From: Chiloscyllium plagiosum
Lineage: Eukaryota
Assembly (NCBI RefSeq): GCF_004010195.1
Contig: NC_057758.1
Location: forward strand, 4,433,231-4,469,803
Direction of reading: 5' to 3'
Length of the DNA: 36,573 bases
The notes under the pieces were generated by a model. It saw only the letters and a list, made by a program, of their open reading frames with translations, searched no databases and was not told where the DNA came from. The first letter of the stretch is position 1. Every line of letters starts with the position of its first letter. Below, in pieces: positions 1 to 10,977 of this stretch. The position numbers and the translations under genes were made by a program.

Positions 1-541
1 ATAAGACTCTGGTGCGGCTGCATCTGGAGTATTGTGTGCAGTTTTGGTCGCCATACTATAGGAAGGATGTGGAGGCACTGGAACGGGTGCAGAGGAGGCT
101 TACCAGGATGTTGCCTGGTATGGTAGGAAGATCGTATGAGGAAAGGCTGAGGCACTTGGGACTGTTTTCATTGGAGTAAAGAAGGTTTAGGGGTGACTTG
201 ATAGAGGTGTACAAGATGATTAGGGGTTTAGATAGGGTTGACCATGACAACCTTTTTCCACGTATGGAGTCAGCTATTAAGAGGGGGTATAGCTTTAAAT
301 TAAGGGGTGGTAGGTATAGGACAGATGTTAGGGGTAGATTCTTTACTCAGCGAGTCGTGAGTTCATGGAATGCCCTGCCAGTAGCAGTGGTGGACTCTCC
401 CTCTTTATGGTCATTTAAACGGGCATTGGATAGGCATATGGTGGATAGTGGGCTAGTGTAGGTTAGGTGGGCTTGGATCGGCGCAACATCGAGGGCCAAA
501 GGGCCTGTACTGCGCTGTATTTTTCTATGTTCTATGTTCTA
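1..541 (+). mobile_element. CR1-clade LINE (HER1-like), 3' end of ORF2 plus 3' UTR, cut by window start
   Basis: Frame from 3 reads [32 protein letters not shown]...LFSLE*(TAA 177-179)RRFRGDLIEVYKMIRGLDRV...FFTQRVVSSWNALP, the typical CR1 ORF2 C-terminus. Ends in a TTCTATGTTCTATGTTCTA tail. Only one stop, so comparatively young. Confidence 0.93.
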
Positions 542-909
542 AGCACAAAGCATTGTTTAAACCAAACGAATTCAACACCCGGGGTAACTGACACTTACCA
601 CTCGCCTTATTTGTGCCCAACAAAATCAAAGTTAAATGATAGACTCAATCCCAACAAGCTCCTCCAATTTGCCAGACCCCGAAATACATTTTAAGAAGGT
701 TGCTTCGATATTAACGTTTCCTTATTTTAAAGGGAGCTGAGAGTTGGTGTTCCACCTGTATGCAACTGGTCATAACACTTGGCTTTAAACAAAGCAAAAT
801 ACATTTGAGCACGACAGTTGATGCACGAACAATAAGAAACAGGAATTTAGAACAACTGAACTGTTGGAAATTTTAAATGACCTGATACAATAACAACGGG
901 TTGCATGAC

Positions 910-1342
910 TTGAGCTATAACGAGAGGCTGAACAGGCTATGGCTGTTTTGCCTGGAGCATCGGAGGCTAGCGGGGTGACCTTATAGAGATTTACAAAATT
1001 ATGAGGGGCATGGATTTGATAAATAGACAAAGTCTTTTCCCTGGGGTCGGGGAGAACAGAACTACAGGACATAGGTTTAGGGTGAGAGGGCAAAGATATA
1101 AAAGATACCTAAGGGGGAACTTTTTCACCCAGTGTATGGAATGAGCTGCGAGAGGAAGTGGTGAAGGCTGGTACAATTCCAACATTTAAATGGCATTTGG
1201 ATGGGTGTATGAATAGGCAGGGTTTGGAAAGATATGGGCCGGGTGCTGGCAGGTGGGACTAGATTGCGTTGGGATATCTGGTCGGCATGGATGGTTTGGA
1301 CCGAAAGGTCTGTTTCCATGCTGTCCATCTCTATGACTCTAT
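910..1342 (+). mobile_element. 5'-truncated CR1 LINE 3' fragment
   Basis: TTGAGCTATAACGAGAGGCTG...GGGGTGACCTTATAGAG...GGAATGAGCTGC... ending CATCTCTATGACTCTAT. Closely similar to 10530-10977 in this window. Confidence 0.9.
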
Positions 1343-2059
1343 CAGTATAAATTAACTATTCCAATATGGTAGCATCCTATAAACACACTTCTTCTAAAAT
1401 AAAAGGCAAATTCAAACACAATTTATTGCAGGCAGGAGGGAATAATATCCGGAGAAATACATCAGAAAAAAAGTCAGAGGAATTCTTTCATGAAGCTTGC
1501 AACTCCCGTGGACACACATATCTGGTGACTGCTACAACTGAATCAAACTAGAAAAAGCCTGAACCAGTGCCATAGCAAGAAACAGGAACTTCACAATAGG
1601 TGAAGTCGTCTCATATATTCTCCATCACCAAGTTGGCAGAGGCTTCCTTAGCAGTAAACTCAAACTTATCTCCTCACATTCTCAGCTGGTCATTTTCTAG
1701 TTACAAAGATGCATGGGCAAAATGTCATGAAACAAATACCGCCGTCCCATCAGCACTGCGTTCACTCGTCTCCGTTCATGCAGATCGTGATAGTTCCTCA
1801 ATGTTGACATTTCCTTTAATATTTCTGCAATTCTATGAAAGCCAAATTCCTCATCCGTTGCCCATTTCAAACGTTCGTGCGTTTTTTTTTAAATCAAAAT
1901 CGGAATTCTGACAGACAGTATTTTCATGACTATCTCTGTTTCAGAGTTGTCCCAATTTAGTATGCACTGATTAGTTGCCAATTACAGAAATCAAACAATC
2001 CAGAACCTGAAACGATGATCAAGAGACAAGGACTTGAACCTCACAACAATCTTGTGAAG

Positions 2060-2300
2060 CTGGACCAGGAGTCGGTCATTCAGACTCTCGTGATTGGTCG
2101 ACCATTTAACTTGATCCTGGCTGACGTAATCTCGTCACAATTCCACTTTCATGCCTATTCCCTTTGAGTCATTGTTCATTAAAGGAATGTCAATGTCCTC
2201 CTTAAATTCAGTCAGTCCCCTGATACCCACGGCACTCTGGAGGATTATATTCCACGAATTCACGACCCATCAAAAGAAGGAAGTACTCATTACTTCGTTT
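2060..2300 (-). mobile_element. Old CR1-type LINE 3' fragment
   Basis: Reverse strand resembles a CR1 3' end (GGGTCGTGAATTCGTGGAAT = RVVNSWN, followed by 3' UTR-like sequence). Highly diverged. Confidence 0.6.
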
Positions 2301-2614
2301 CCCATTAGACCAAAGATACCAGAAATCCTTCCACAAAAGTATTCTGTAATTCATGATGTCATGGTCATATTTGAATTCTGTAAAGAACTGGAAGCGTCTG
2401 CTTCTCTCACCATGACCCTTGAATTATTATCAGCATTTAAAAGAAAAACTATTACAATCAGTTTATACGCTCGACCGAATGAATTGCTGTACTATTAGAC
2501 GACCTTGGGTTATCATTGAAGTGATGTCAATGGTGGTCTCGTTTGCAAACATCCGACAAGAGAAAGACCAGATCAGTAAAGAGCAAACAATCTTTTTAAA
2601 GACTTCACTTTCCT

Positions 2615-3450
2615 TTAGTTCACTCGTGGGACATGTTCGTCGCTGGCGAGAACTGCATTTATTTCCCGCCCCTGGTTACCCAGTGTCAGAACATATTTGA
2701 TATGTTGAAGTCCATGTCCTTAACGAGGGATTTCCTGGAATTGATGTAGTGATAGAGAAGGAAAGACGATATACTTCCAAGTATAGCTGGTGAGTGGCTC
2801 AGAGAGGAAATTGGAAAACTAATGTGTTCATAGAATTGCTGCAATGTGGAAAATGATAATTTGGCCTGCTTGCCGGATCGATATTTACCAAATCTATTGC
2901 AACTAATGTACACATCCGGAGCGCTATGGTCAATATAGAATGGCAAATTCACCCATACTGCACATTTTTGGACTGTTGGAGGAAAGCGGAGCACCCAGAC
3001 CGGACATACACAAACGCAGGAACACTGTGGAAAATCCACGCAACCAGTCACCTAAGACGGGAAAGGAACTCGACTACCTTGCACTGTGAGGCACTAGCAC
3101 TTACCACTAAGCCACGACGCCGCAACGTAGCATTCAGATGTAACTGCTGTCCGTGTCGTTCTCAATGTTATTTGTCGTGGATTTGGCCGGTGTTACAGTG
3201 TAGGTAAGTACTCCCTGCCGCATTCCGTTGGATGAGAGGATCTGTGTGAATGTAATGCTATTTAAGGAAGTTGCGTTAAGAAGTACAGAGTATTCTCCGT
3301 TTTGATGGATTTGAACAAATTCAGGCAAGTGTTGACTATTCCATTACACTCCTGACTACTTGTGCCTTGTAGATAGTGAACAGAATTTGGGAAAGAGTAA
3401 GAAGGGGAGGTATTGCCTGCAAGGTTCCTCGACGCTAACCTGCCGTTGTT
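2615..3450 (-). mobile_element. Old L2/CR1-group LINE 3' fragment, interrupted by the SINE at 2826-3123
   Basis: Plus strand TCACTCGTGGGACATGTTCGTCGCTGG...GCATTTATTTCCCGCCCCT resembles the reverse complement of an L2-type 3' tail. Similar LINE-like sequence resumes at about 3130 (GTGCCTTGTAGATAGTGAACAG...). Family assignment is from recalled motif similarity. Confidence 0.55.
2826..3123 (-). mobile_element. tRNA-derived SINE (HE1/V-SINE type)
   Basis: Minus strand starts GCGGCGTCGTGGCTTAGTGGTAAGTGCTAGTGCCTCACAG (A box, tRNA-like head). Central TGCTCCGCTTTCCTCCAACAGTCCAAAAATGTGCAG is shared with the SINE copies at 20141, 32266 and 35251. Confidence 0.85.
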
Positions 3451-4272
3451 ATTCTTCATGAAAGACGACTTCTGAGGCGATAATGTCAAGTGTATTTAAG
3501 ATTGATATCCTGGAATCTAGGTTTTAAGGGAAAAGGTAGGTCCGTGACCACGTGAACGATGAGATTAGACGCGATCTTACTAAATGAAAAACAGATTGGA
3601 AAGCAAAGGAAGACGATGACACAAAGGAGAACCATTTCCATCACAGAACACATCAGTTGCCCTACTCCTTTGAAGACAGTAATTTCCCCTCCCACGTGGT
3701 TGAAGATGCCCTCCAAAGCATCTTATCCACGTCCCGCAACTCCACGATCAAACTGCACCCTTGCAACACCAACAAGGATAAAGCCCCCGGTCCTCACCTT
3801 CCACCCACCAACCTATGCATAAACCGCATCACTTGTTGACATTTCCGCCTCCTACAAATGGATGCCGCCACCAGGATATATTTCCCTCCCCACCCCATCC
3901 GCTTTCTGCAAAGACCATTCCCTCCATGACTACCTCATCACGTCCATGAACTCGAATAACGCCACTTCCGCCGGCACCTTCCCCACTATTGCAGGAATTG
4001 CAAACCTTGCACCGACATCTCCCCCATAAACTCCATCCATGGCCACAAAGAGGCCTTCCACATTCAGCAAAGTTCTACCTGCACTTCGCCAAATGTCACT
4101 TTTTACATCTGTTGCTTCCGACGTAGTCTCCTTCACACTGGGGAGACTGGACGCCTTCTCACAGAGCGCTTCAAGGAACATCTCCGGGATACAGCACTAA
4201 TCAAATTCACCACCCCGTGGCAACACATTTCAATTCCCTCACCCAATCTGTCGAGGACATGCAGGTCCTGGG

Positions 4273-4802
4273 CCTCCTCCACCGTCACTCCCTCACCACC
4301 CGACGCCAGGAGGAATAACGCCTTATCTTCCAACTTGGAACACTTCAACCCCAACGGAACGATACGGACTCCAACAGTTTCCTCAATACCCCTACCCCCA
4401 CGTTTCCCCAGTTCTAAAGTTCTCGCTCAGCACCATCCTCATGACCAGTCCCACCTGTCAATTTTCCTTCCCACTTATCCGCTCCACCCTCCTCTCCGAG
4501 CTATCAACTTTACCCCTTCCGCCATCCACTTATTGCACCTCCTCCACCGTCACTCCCTCACCACCCGACGCCTGGAGGAATAACGCCTTACCTTCCACCT
4601 CACAACACTTCAACCCCAAAGGAACAATGTAGTCTTCACCAGTTTCCTCAATTCCCCTGCACCCACCTTTTCCCAGTTCTAAACTTCTAGCTCAGCACCA
4701 TCCTCATGACCAGTCCCACCTGTCCATCTTCCTTCCCACTTATCCGCTCCACCCACCTCTCCGCCCTGTCACCTTTACCCCTTCTTCCGTCCACTTATTG
4801 CA
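4273..4802 (+). repeat. Two-copy tandem duplication, about 265-bp unit (4273-4537, 4538-4802)
   Basis: Both units start CCTCCTCCACCGTCACTCCCTCACCACCCGACGCC, end CCACTTATTGCA and share CTCAGCACCATCCTCATGACCAGTCCCACCTGTC. Confidence 0.95.
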
Positions 4803-4875
4803 CTCTCAACTGCCTACTCCCAAACTCCACACCCTCCCATTTATCTCTTCACCCACGAGGCTTTCAGCCTCATTC

Positions 4876-4905
4876 CTGATGAAGGGCTCCTGCCCGAACC
4901 GTCGA
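4876..4905 (+). ncRNA. Minimal hammerhead-ribozyme motif of Penelope pLTR, one core substitution
   Basis: CTGATGA-A-GGGC-TCCT-GCCC-GAAC-CGTC: CUGANGA box and stem II intact, GAAA box reads GAAC. Minimal hammerheads in Penelope termini are established. Confidence 0.7.
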
Positions 4906-5399
4906 TTTGCCTGCTCCACAAGTGCTGCTGTGCTTTTCCAGAACTACTCTAATCTCCAGCATCTGCAGTCCTCACGTTTGCCACAAAGATAGTTTAACCG
5001 AGTCAGAAAATCCAAGCTGACAAAACATAATTTGTGGTAATGTGAGGTTCTGTAGTTACTGGGAGGTGGAATAGAGGAACTGTATACTTTAAATGCAGAA
5101 CTCCATGAGTCGAATGCCTGTACATAGTAGCGAAATTATTTCTACCTCTCTGCTTTCAAATTCTGCCCATGCAATAATTTCCAGTCGTCGCATTTGATGC
5201 TTATGGTCCCCTGCCAAAAATAGCCACACATTTATGATAGTTCGCTGCTTTGTTAACCGAACTTTTTACTTCCTGCACCCTTGATGACACATTGAGAGAC
5301 AATTTCCCTCTTTCAATGCAATTTTCATTTCTCAATATGTTTGTCCCCCGTCATTGCATAACACAAATCAATCAGTAAAACGGAAAGAATTGCGAATAT

Positions 5400-5499
5400 C
5401 ATAAATCAAAAACATTTTTGAGAGACTTAGCAGGTTTGACAACATCGTCAATAAGAAATCAAAATTAACATTTCAGGTCTTGTGACCCTTACTCAGAAC
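5400..5499 (-). mobile_element. Penelope pLTR-derived short remnant with degenerate hammerhead core
   Basis: Minus strand GTTCTGAGTAAGGGTCACAAGACCTGAAATGTTAATTTTG...GATGTTGTCAAACCTGCTAAGTCTCTC, the same layout as other pLTR remnants here. Confidence 0.6.
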
Positions 5500-5583
5500 A
5501 AGTTTTAATACATCCTCATTCGTAGTGAGGTTATATTATCTAGCCTGATATACTCTCACCGTGTTTATTTCCCATCCTCACAG

Positions 5584-6482
5584 TGAACTTAATCACAATT
5601 AGGATCCTGAGTCGCGGAGGGTGCGGTCTCTCGAATTGTATCAGAAGCTATCTGATTGCCATGGCAGCTTCAGATCTCCTGGTGATTATTCTCGATCTGA
5701 TTTTGAGGCACTTGCCGATTCTTTATCCAAGGACATTTTATTCATTGATCAAACTGCCCATATGTAACATCCACGCTGTTCTCCTTTATGCAGTAACTGA
5801 CTGCTCTGTATGGTTCACGGTCGCATTTACATTTGATCGATTTGTGGCGATTTGTTGCCAGAAACTGAGAAATAAGTATTGCAGTGAGAAAACAGCGAAC
5901 ATAATTCTAGGAACAGTGACTGCAGTGAGCATCTTAAAGAACATTTTCTGGTACTTTGCCTTAACAGGTAAGTATCAACTCATGAACTTCCCGTGGTTTT
6001 GTGTTACAATGGATTACGTTCAGATCTCTCCGGTCTGGGTATCAGTCGAGTTCCTGCACAACATACTAACACCATGTGTTCCATTTCTGCTGATTTTACT
6101 GTTCAACATCTTCACAGTCAGACACATTTTAGTGAGCAGCAAATCCCGCAGGCGACTCCGGTCATCCAGCAATAATGAAGGTCACAAAGACACAGAGATG
6201 GAGAGTCGACGGAGATCCATCATTTTGCTCCTGGCAATTTCCGCGAACTTTATTATGTTATGGTCAACTTTAATAGTTGTTTCCCTTTGTGGGCGGATGT
6301 TTAATTTAGGCTTCAAGTCTATGTTTATCGATGATTACATGCAAGAGCTGGGATTCATGTTGCAGCTCCTGAGCTGCTGCACTAATACTTGTGTCTACGT
6401 CATGACCCAGAGCAAGTTCAGAGAGCAGCTAAAGAATATGCTGAAATATCGCATCACTCTCATTCTTCAATGTCTGCAATGA
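5584..6482 (+). CDS. Main coding exon of a GPR139/GPR142-like class A (rhodopsin-family) GPCR; N-terminus and start of TM1 on an upstream exon not found
   Basis: Uninterrupted 299-codon frame with hydrophobic TM segments, TM1 Asn (NLITI), TM2 LIAMAASDLL, TM3 DCSVWFTVAFTFDRFVAIC, ECL cysteines (LPIC, PWFC), TM5 TPCVPFLLILLFN, TM6 FIMLW, TM7 NTCVY and helix 8 KFREQL. The ORF-track GTG start overlaps a splice acceptor TTTATTTCCCATCCTCACAG|TG (AG 5582-5583, phase 1). No symbol given because it looks like a paralogue rather than the GPR139 orthologue. Confidence 0.9.
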
Positions 6483-6644
6483 GGATAGAAAAATATTATA
6501 GAGCGGTGCCAGTGCTTTGCAATTTTTTGATAACTGCTTGTGAACTTAAAGTCTTTAACATCATTTGTAAACGTTTCGAAAATTTTATTTTTTTTATCAA
6601 CTACAATACTTACCGTCATTTCTTACATAACAGCGTAAACACAA

Positions 6645-6850
6645 GGAACTGATAAAGCTATTCTTTCCCTTGAAGCTGTTCCACCATTTAATATGATCAA
6701 GGCTAATCTAATGTAGGCCTCAATTGCTATATATTGCCTGATCTACACAACCATTTAATCCATTGCTGATTACACATTTATCCATACACACTTCAATTTA
6801 CTCACTGTTCCGCCTTCTCACCACATTCAAGCAGGGTCAATTCCACAAAA
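6645..6850 (-). mobile_element. Old CR1-type 3' fragment
   Basis: GCTGTTCCACCATTTAATATGATCAAGGCT...GGTCAATTCCACAAA resembles the reverse complement of a CR1 3' end, like 2060-2300 and 36310-36470. Confidence 0.5.
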
Positions 6851-6857
6851 TACAACA

Positions 6858-8808
6858 ATAGAATATAGAACGTAGAACATTACAGCGCAGTGCAGGCCCT
6901 TTGACCCTCGATGTTGTGCCGACCTTTCGAACCAATCTGAAGCCAATCTATATGACACTGTTATATTTTCATCCTTATGTTTATCGAATGACCATTTAAA
7001 TGCCGTTAAAGCTAGCGAGCCCACTCTTGCAGACAGGGCAATCCACGCTCCTGAGGTAAAAAAAACTACCTCTGATATCTTTCCTCTGTCTCACCCATCA
7101 ATTTGTAGCTATGACACCTTGTGCTCGCCATCACCATCTGAGGAAAAAGGCTCTCACTGCCCATCCTGTCGAACTCTCTGATTATCTTCTACGTGTCAAG
7201 TAAGTCACATCTCATCCTTCTTCTCTCTAACAAAAACAGACACAGGTCCTCAGACTTTCGTCATAAGACGTTCCCTTCTTACCAGGCAACATGATACAAA
7301 ATCTCTTCTGAACTCTTTCCTATAATGTGGTTACCAGATTTATCCAAGTACGGCCGCACCAGTGTTTTGTTCAGTTGCAGCATATACTCTTGGGTCCGAA
7401 ACCCAATCTCTCCAACAATAAAAGCTAACGCACTGAATTGCTTACTAACAAATTTAACAGCCTCGGTGGTAAATTCCAAGTGTCTGTGTACATGGACAGC
7501 AAAATAACTCTGTTCATCCACACTTCCAAGAGTCTTTCGATTCACGCAGTACTGTTTACTCCTGTTGCTAGTTTCAAAGTGAATCACCTCACTCTTTTTC
7601 GCTTTAACCTCCCCTGCCACCTCCAAAGCCTGCTCTGCAACTTATCTATGTCCCCCTCTAATCTGCAACATCCTTCAGCATGACCCAGAACGCCACCGGC
7701 ATGAGTGTCAACTGCAAATTTACTAACCCATCCTTCCCTGTCTTCATTGAGGCCATTGAGAAAAACGGCAGATAGTAAAGACACCAAAATAGATTCTTGC
7801 AGGACACGACTAGCAACTGACCTCCAGGATCGACGTTTCACATCAACCACAACACTCTCTCTTCTTTCAGAAGCCAATTTCGGATCCAAACAGCTAAATC
7901 ACCCTTCATCCCATGCCTCTGTATTTTGTTCGACTGTCTACAGTGGGAAACCTTATCAATCACATTCCTGAAATACATGTAGAGGATAACAAAAGCTTTA
8001 CCTTCTTCCACCTGATCGTTCACCAACGAAAAGAACTCAATAAAATCTGTGAGGCACGAAATTGCCTGCATACAACCGTGTTTAATATCCCAAATCAATT
8101 AATTTCTCTTGAGATGATTACAAATCCTAATTGTTATAACTTTTTTCCAACGCTTTACACACACCTGAACTAAGTTTCACTGGGCTGTCATGAACATGTT
8201 TGTCTCTTCTTGAACAACGTATCATAATTTGCTATCCTCTAGCCTCCTGGTTGTATTCCTGCCCAGAATGAGGACAGAAAGATCAAACCCATAGACGCTG
8301 CAATCTTCGCCGTGGCTTCCCAGAGTTTCCTTTGTTAGATCCCATCCGTCCCAAGTGACCTATCGCTTTTCACACTGTCCATAATTGCTTACACCTCCTC
8401 CATGTGAAATGTAAACCCGTCTCGGATAGTAGACTGTATCTTAGTATTCTCCTCTAAACATTGTCTTTTTCCTTTTTGAATACTGAGGAAGCATATTCAT
8501 TTTGCTCTTCCCGAACCTCCTCGGACTCCATGCACAACTTCCCACTACTATCTTCATTGGCCCAAAGCTTTCTCTAGTCATTATTTGAATCCTGATATAC
8601 ACACGCTGAAGTTTAGAGTTGTCACTGATACTGTCTGCCAACGATTTCCTATCTCCCCTCCTGGCTCTTCTTAGCTCCCTTTAGTTCTCTCTTGGGAACT
8701 TGCAACTCTAAAGCGCTCTTAATAAGCCTTCACATCTCATTCTAATATAAGTCTGCTTCTTCTTCATAACAAGAGATTCAACTTCTTTAGTAAACTGCAG
8801 CTCTCTTG
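6858..8808 (-). mobile_element. CR1 LINE, RT and 3' half of a near-full-length copy that continues at 10978-13040
   Basis: Tail ATAGAATATAGAACGTAGAAC. Minus-strand translation has YMYFRNVIDKVSH, WIRNWL, SWRSVASRVLQESIL, WVSKFAVDT (decayed FADDT) and QLNKTLVRPYL. Many stops and frameshifts. Confidence 0.92.
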
Positions 8809-10977
8809 CATTAGGCAAGAACTTTCAAACACTGATTGGGGGCAGATGTTCGCAGGTAAAGAGAACATCTGGAAAATGGGAAGCCTTCAGGAATGAGATA
8901 ACGAGAATCCAGAGAAAGTATAGTCCAGGCAGGGTGAAAAGAAAGGCTGGTCGGAAAGCGAATGCTGGATGACTAAAGAAATTAAGGGCTTGGTTAAGAA
9001 AAACAAGGAAGCATATGTAATGTATAGACAGGATAGATCAAGTGTATCCTTTGGAGAGTATAAAGGCAGTAGTAGCATACTTAAGAGGGAAATAAGAAGG
9101 CAAAAGGGGAACATGAGATAGATTCGCCTATTAGAATTAAAGAGAATCCAAAGGGTTTTTACAAATACATTAAGGACAAATTGGTAACCAGGGAGAGATA
9201 GCGCACCCCAAAGATCAGCAAGGCGGACTTTGTGTGGAGCCGCAGATAATGGAGAGATAATAAACGAGTATTTTCCATCAGTATTTACTGTGGAAAAGCA
9301 TATGGAAGATATAGAATGTAGGGAAATATATGGTGACATCTTACAAAATGTCCATATTAGAGATGTGGAAGTGCTGGATATTTTGAAACGCAGAAAGGTG
9401 GATGAATCCCCAGGACCGGATCAGGTGTACCCTAGAACTCTGTGCGAAGCTCGAGAAGTGTTTGCTACGCCTCTTGCTGAGATAGTTGTATCATCAATAG
9501 TCACCGATAAGGTGCCGGAAGATTGGATGTTGGCTAACATGGGGCCACTGTACTAAAAGTGTGGTAATGTCAAGACAGGGAAGTATAGACCAGTGAGCCT
9601 GATATTGGTGGTGGACAAGTTGTTGGAGGGAATCCTGAGCGACAGGATGTGCTAGTATTTGGAAAGTCAAGGACAGAGTAGGGATAGTCAACATGGCTTT
9701 GGGAGTGGTAAATCATGCCTCCCAAACTTTATTTAGTTTTGGAAGAAGTAACAACGAGGATTGATGAGTACAGAGCGGTAAATGTGGTCTATAGGGACTT
9801 CAGTAATGCGTTGGACCAGGTTCCCCATGGGACGCTGGTTAGCAAGGTTAGATCTCACAGAATACAGGAAGAACAACCCATGGGGGTACAGAACTGGTTC
9901 AAAGATAGAAGACAGAGGGTGGCGGTAGAGGGTTGTGTTTGTGACTGGAGGGCTGTGACCAGTGGAGTGCCACAAGGATCGGTGCTGGGTCCTCTACTTT
10001 TTTCATTTACATAACTGATTTGGATTTGAGCATAAGAGGTACAGTTAATTAGTTTGCACACGAAACCAACATTGGAGCTGTAGTGAACAGCGAAGAAGGT
10101 TACCTCAGATTACGATCGAATCTTGACAAGATGGGCCATTTGGTTGAGAACTGGCAGATGGAGTTTAATCAGTTAAATGTGAGGTACTGCATTTTGGGAC
10201 AGCAAATCTTAGCAGGACTTATACACTTTACGGTAAGGTCCTACGGAGTGTTGCTGAAAAAAGTGACCTTGAAGTCCATGTTCATAGCTCCTTGAAAGTT
10301 TTGTCGCATGTAGATAGGATAGTGAAGAAGGCGATTGGTATGCTTTCTTTAAATGGTCAGAGTATTGAGTACGGGCGTTGCGAGGTCATGTTGCGCCTGT
10401 ACAGGACATTGGTTCGTCCACTGTTGAACTATTGTGAGCAATTCTGGTCTCCTTCCTATCGGAAAGATATTGTGAAACTTGAAAGGGTTCAGAAAAGATT
10501 TATAAGCATGTTGGCAGGGTTGGAGGATTTGAGCTATAGAGAGAGGCTGAACAGGCTCGGGCACTTTACCATGGAGCGTCGGAAGTTGAGGGGTGACATT
10601 ATAGATTTTTGCAAAATCATGAGGGGAATGGATAGAATAGATAGACAAAGCATTTCCCTGAGGTCGTGGAGTCCAGAACTAGCAGGCATAGGTTTAGGGT
10701 GAGAGGGGAAAGATATAAAAGAGACCTAAGGGGCAACGTTTTCACACAGAGGGTGGTATGGATATGAAATGAGCTGCCAGAGGAAGTGATGGAATCTGGT
10801 ACAATTGCAACATCTAAAAGGCATTTGGATGTGTATATGACTCGGAAGGGTTTGGATGGATATGGGCCGTGTGCTGGGAAGTTGGACGACATTGGGTTGG
10901 CATAATTGGTCGGCATGAACGGGTTGGACCGAAGTTTCTGTTTTCATGCTGTACATCTCTATGACTCTATGACTATG
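8809..10977 (+). mobile_element. 5'-truncated CR1 LINE (RT domain to 3' tail) inserted in opposite orientation inside the minus-strand CR1
   Basis: EYFPSVFT, ESPGPDQVYPRTL, VPEDWMLANM, YRDFSNALDQVPH, VTSGVPQGSVLGPLLF, FAHET (decayed FADDT), LYRTLVRPLLNYCEQFWSP. Tail CTCTATGACTCTATGACTATG. Confidence 0.95.

Larger units (their letters stand above)
3610..4982 (+). mobile_element. Penelope-like element 3' part (RT thumb/linker, GIY-YIG endonuclease, terminal pLTR), decayed
   Basis: Frameshifted translation gives FEDSNFPSHVVEDALQ..VLTFHP..CRNCKPC..CTSPNVTFYICC..LLHTGETGRLLTERFKEHLRDT..LLHRHSLTTRRLEE (degenerate GIY-YIG), then a C/T-rich tract and CCTGATGAAGGGC...TCTCCAGCATCTGCAGTCCTCAC terminus. 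Confidence 0.88.

Noticed and set aside
545..1600. Possible LTR-like sequence flanking the CR1 fragment at 910-1342
   Set aside because: I could not identify TG..CA ends, a PBS, a PPT or a second copy. It needs a repeat-library search.
3196..3212. Strong donor AG|GTAAGT as possible end of GPCR exon 1
   Set aside because: It lies within an old LINE fragment and the preceding sequence does not resemble a TM1 start.
5583..5585. GTG start codon given by the ORF track for the GPCR
   Set aside because: The G is the last base of the CAG splice acceptor, and the protein would begin mid-TM1.
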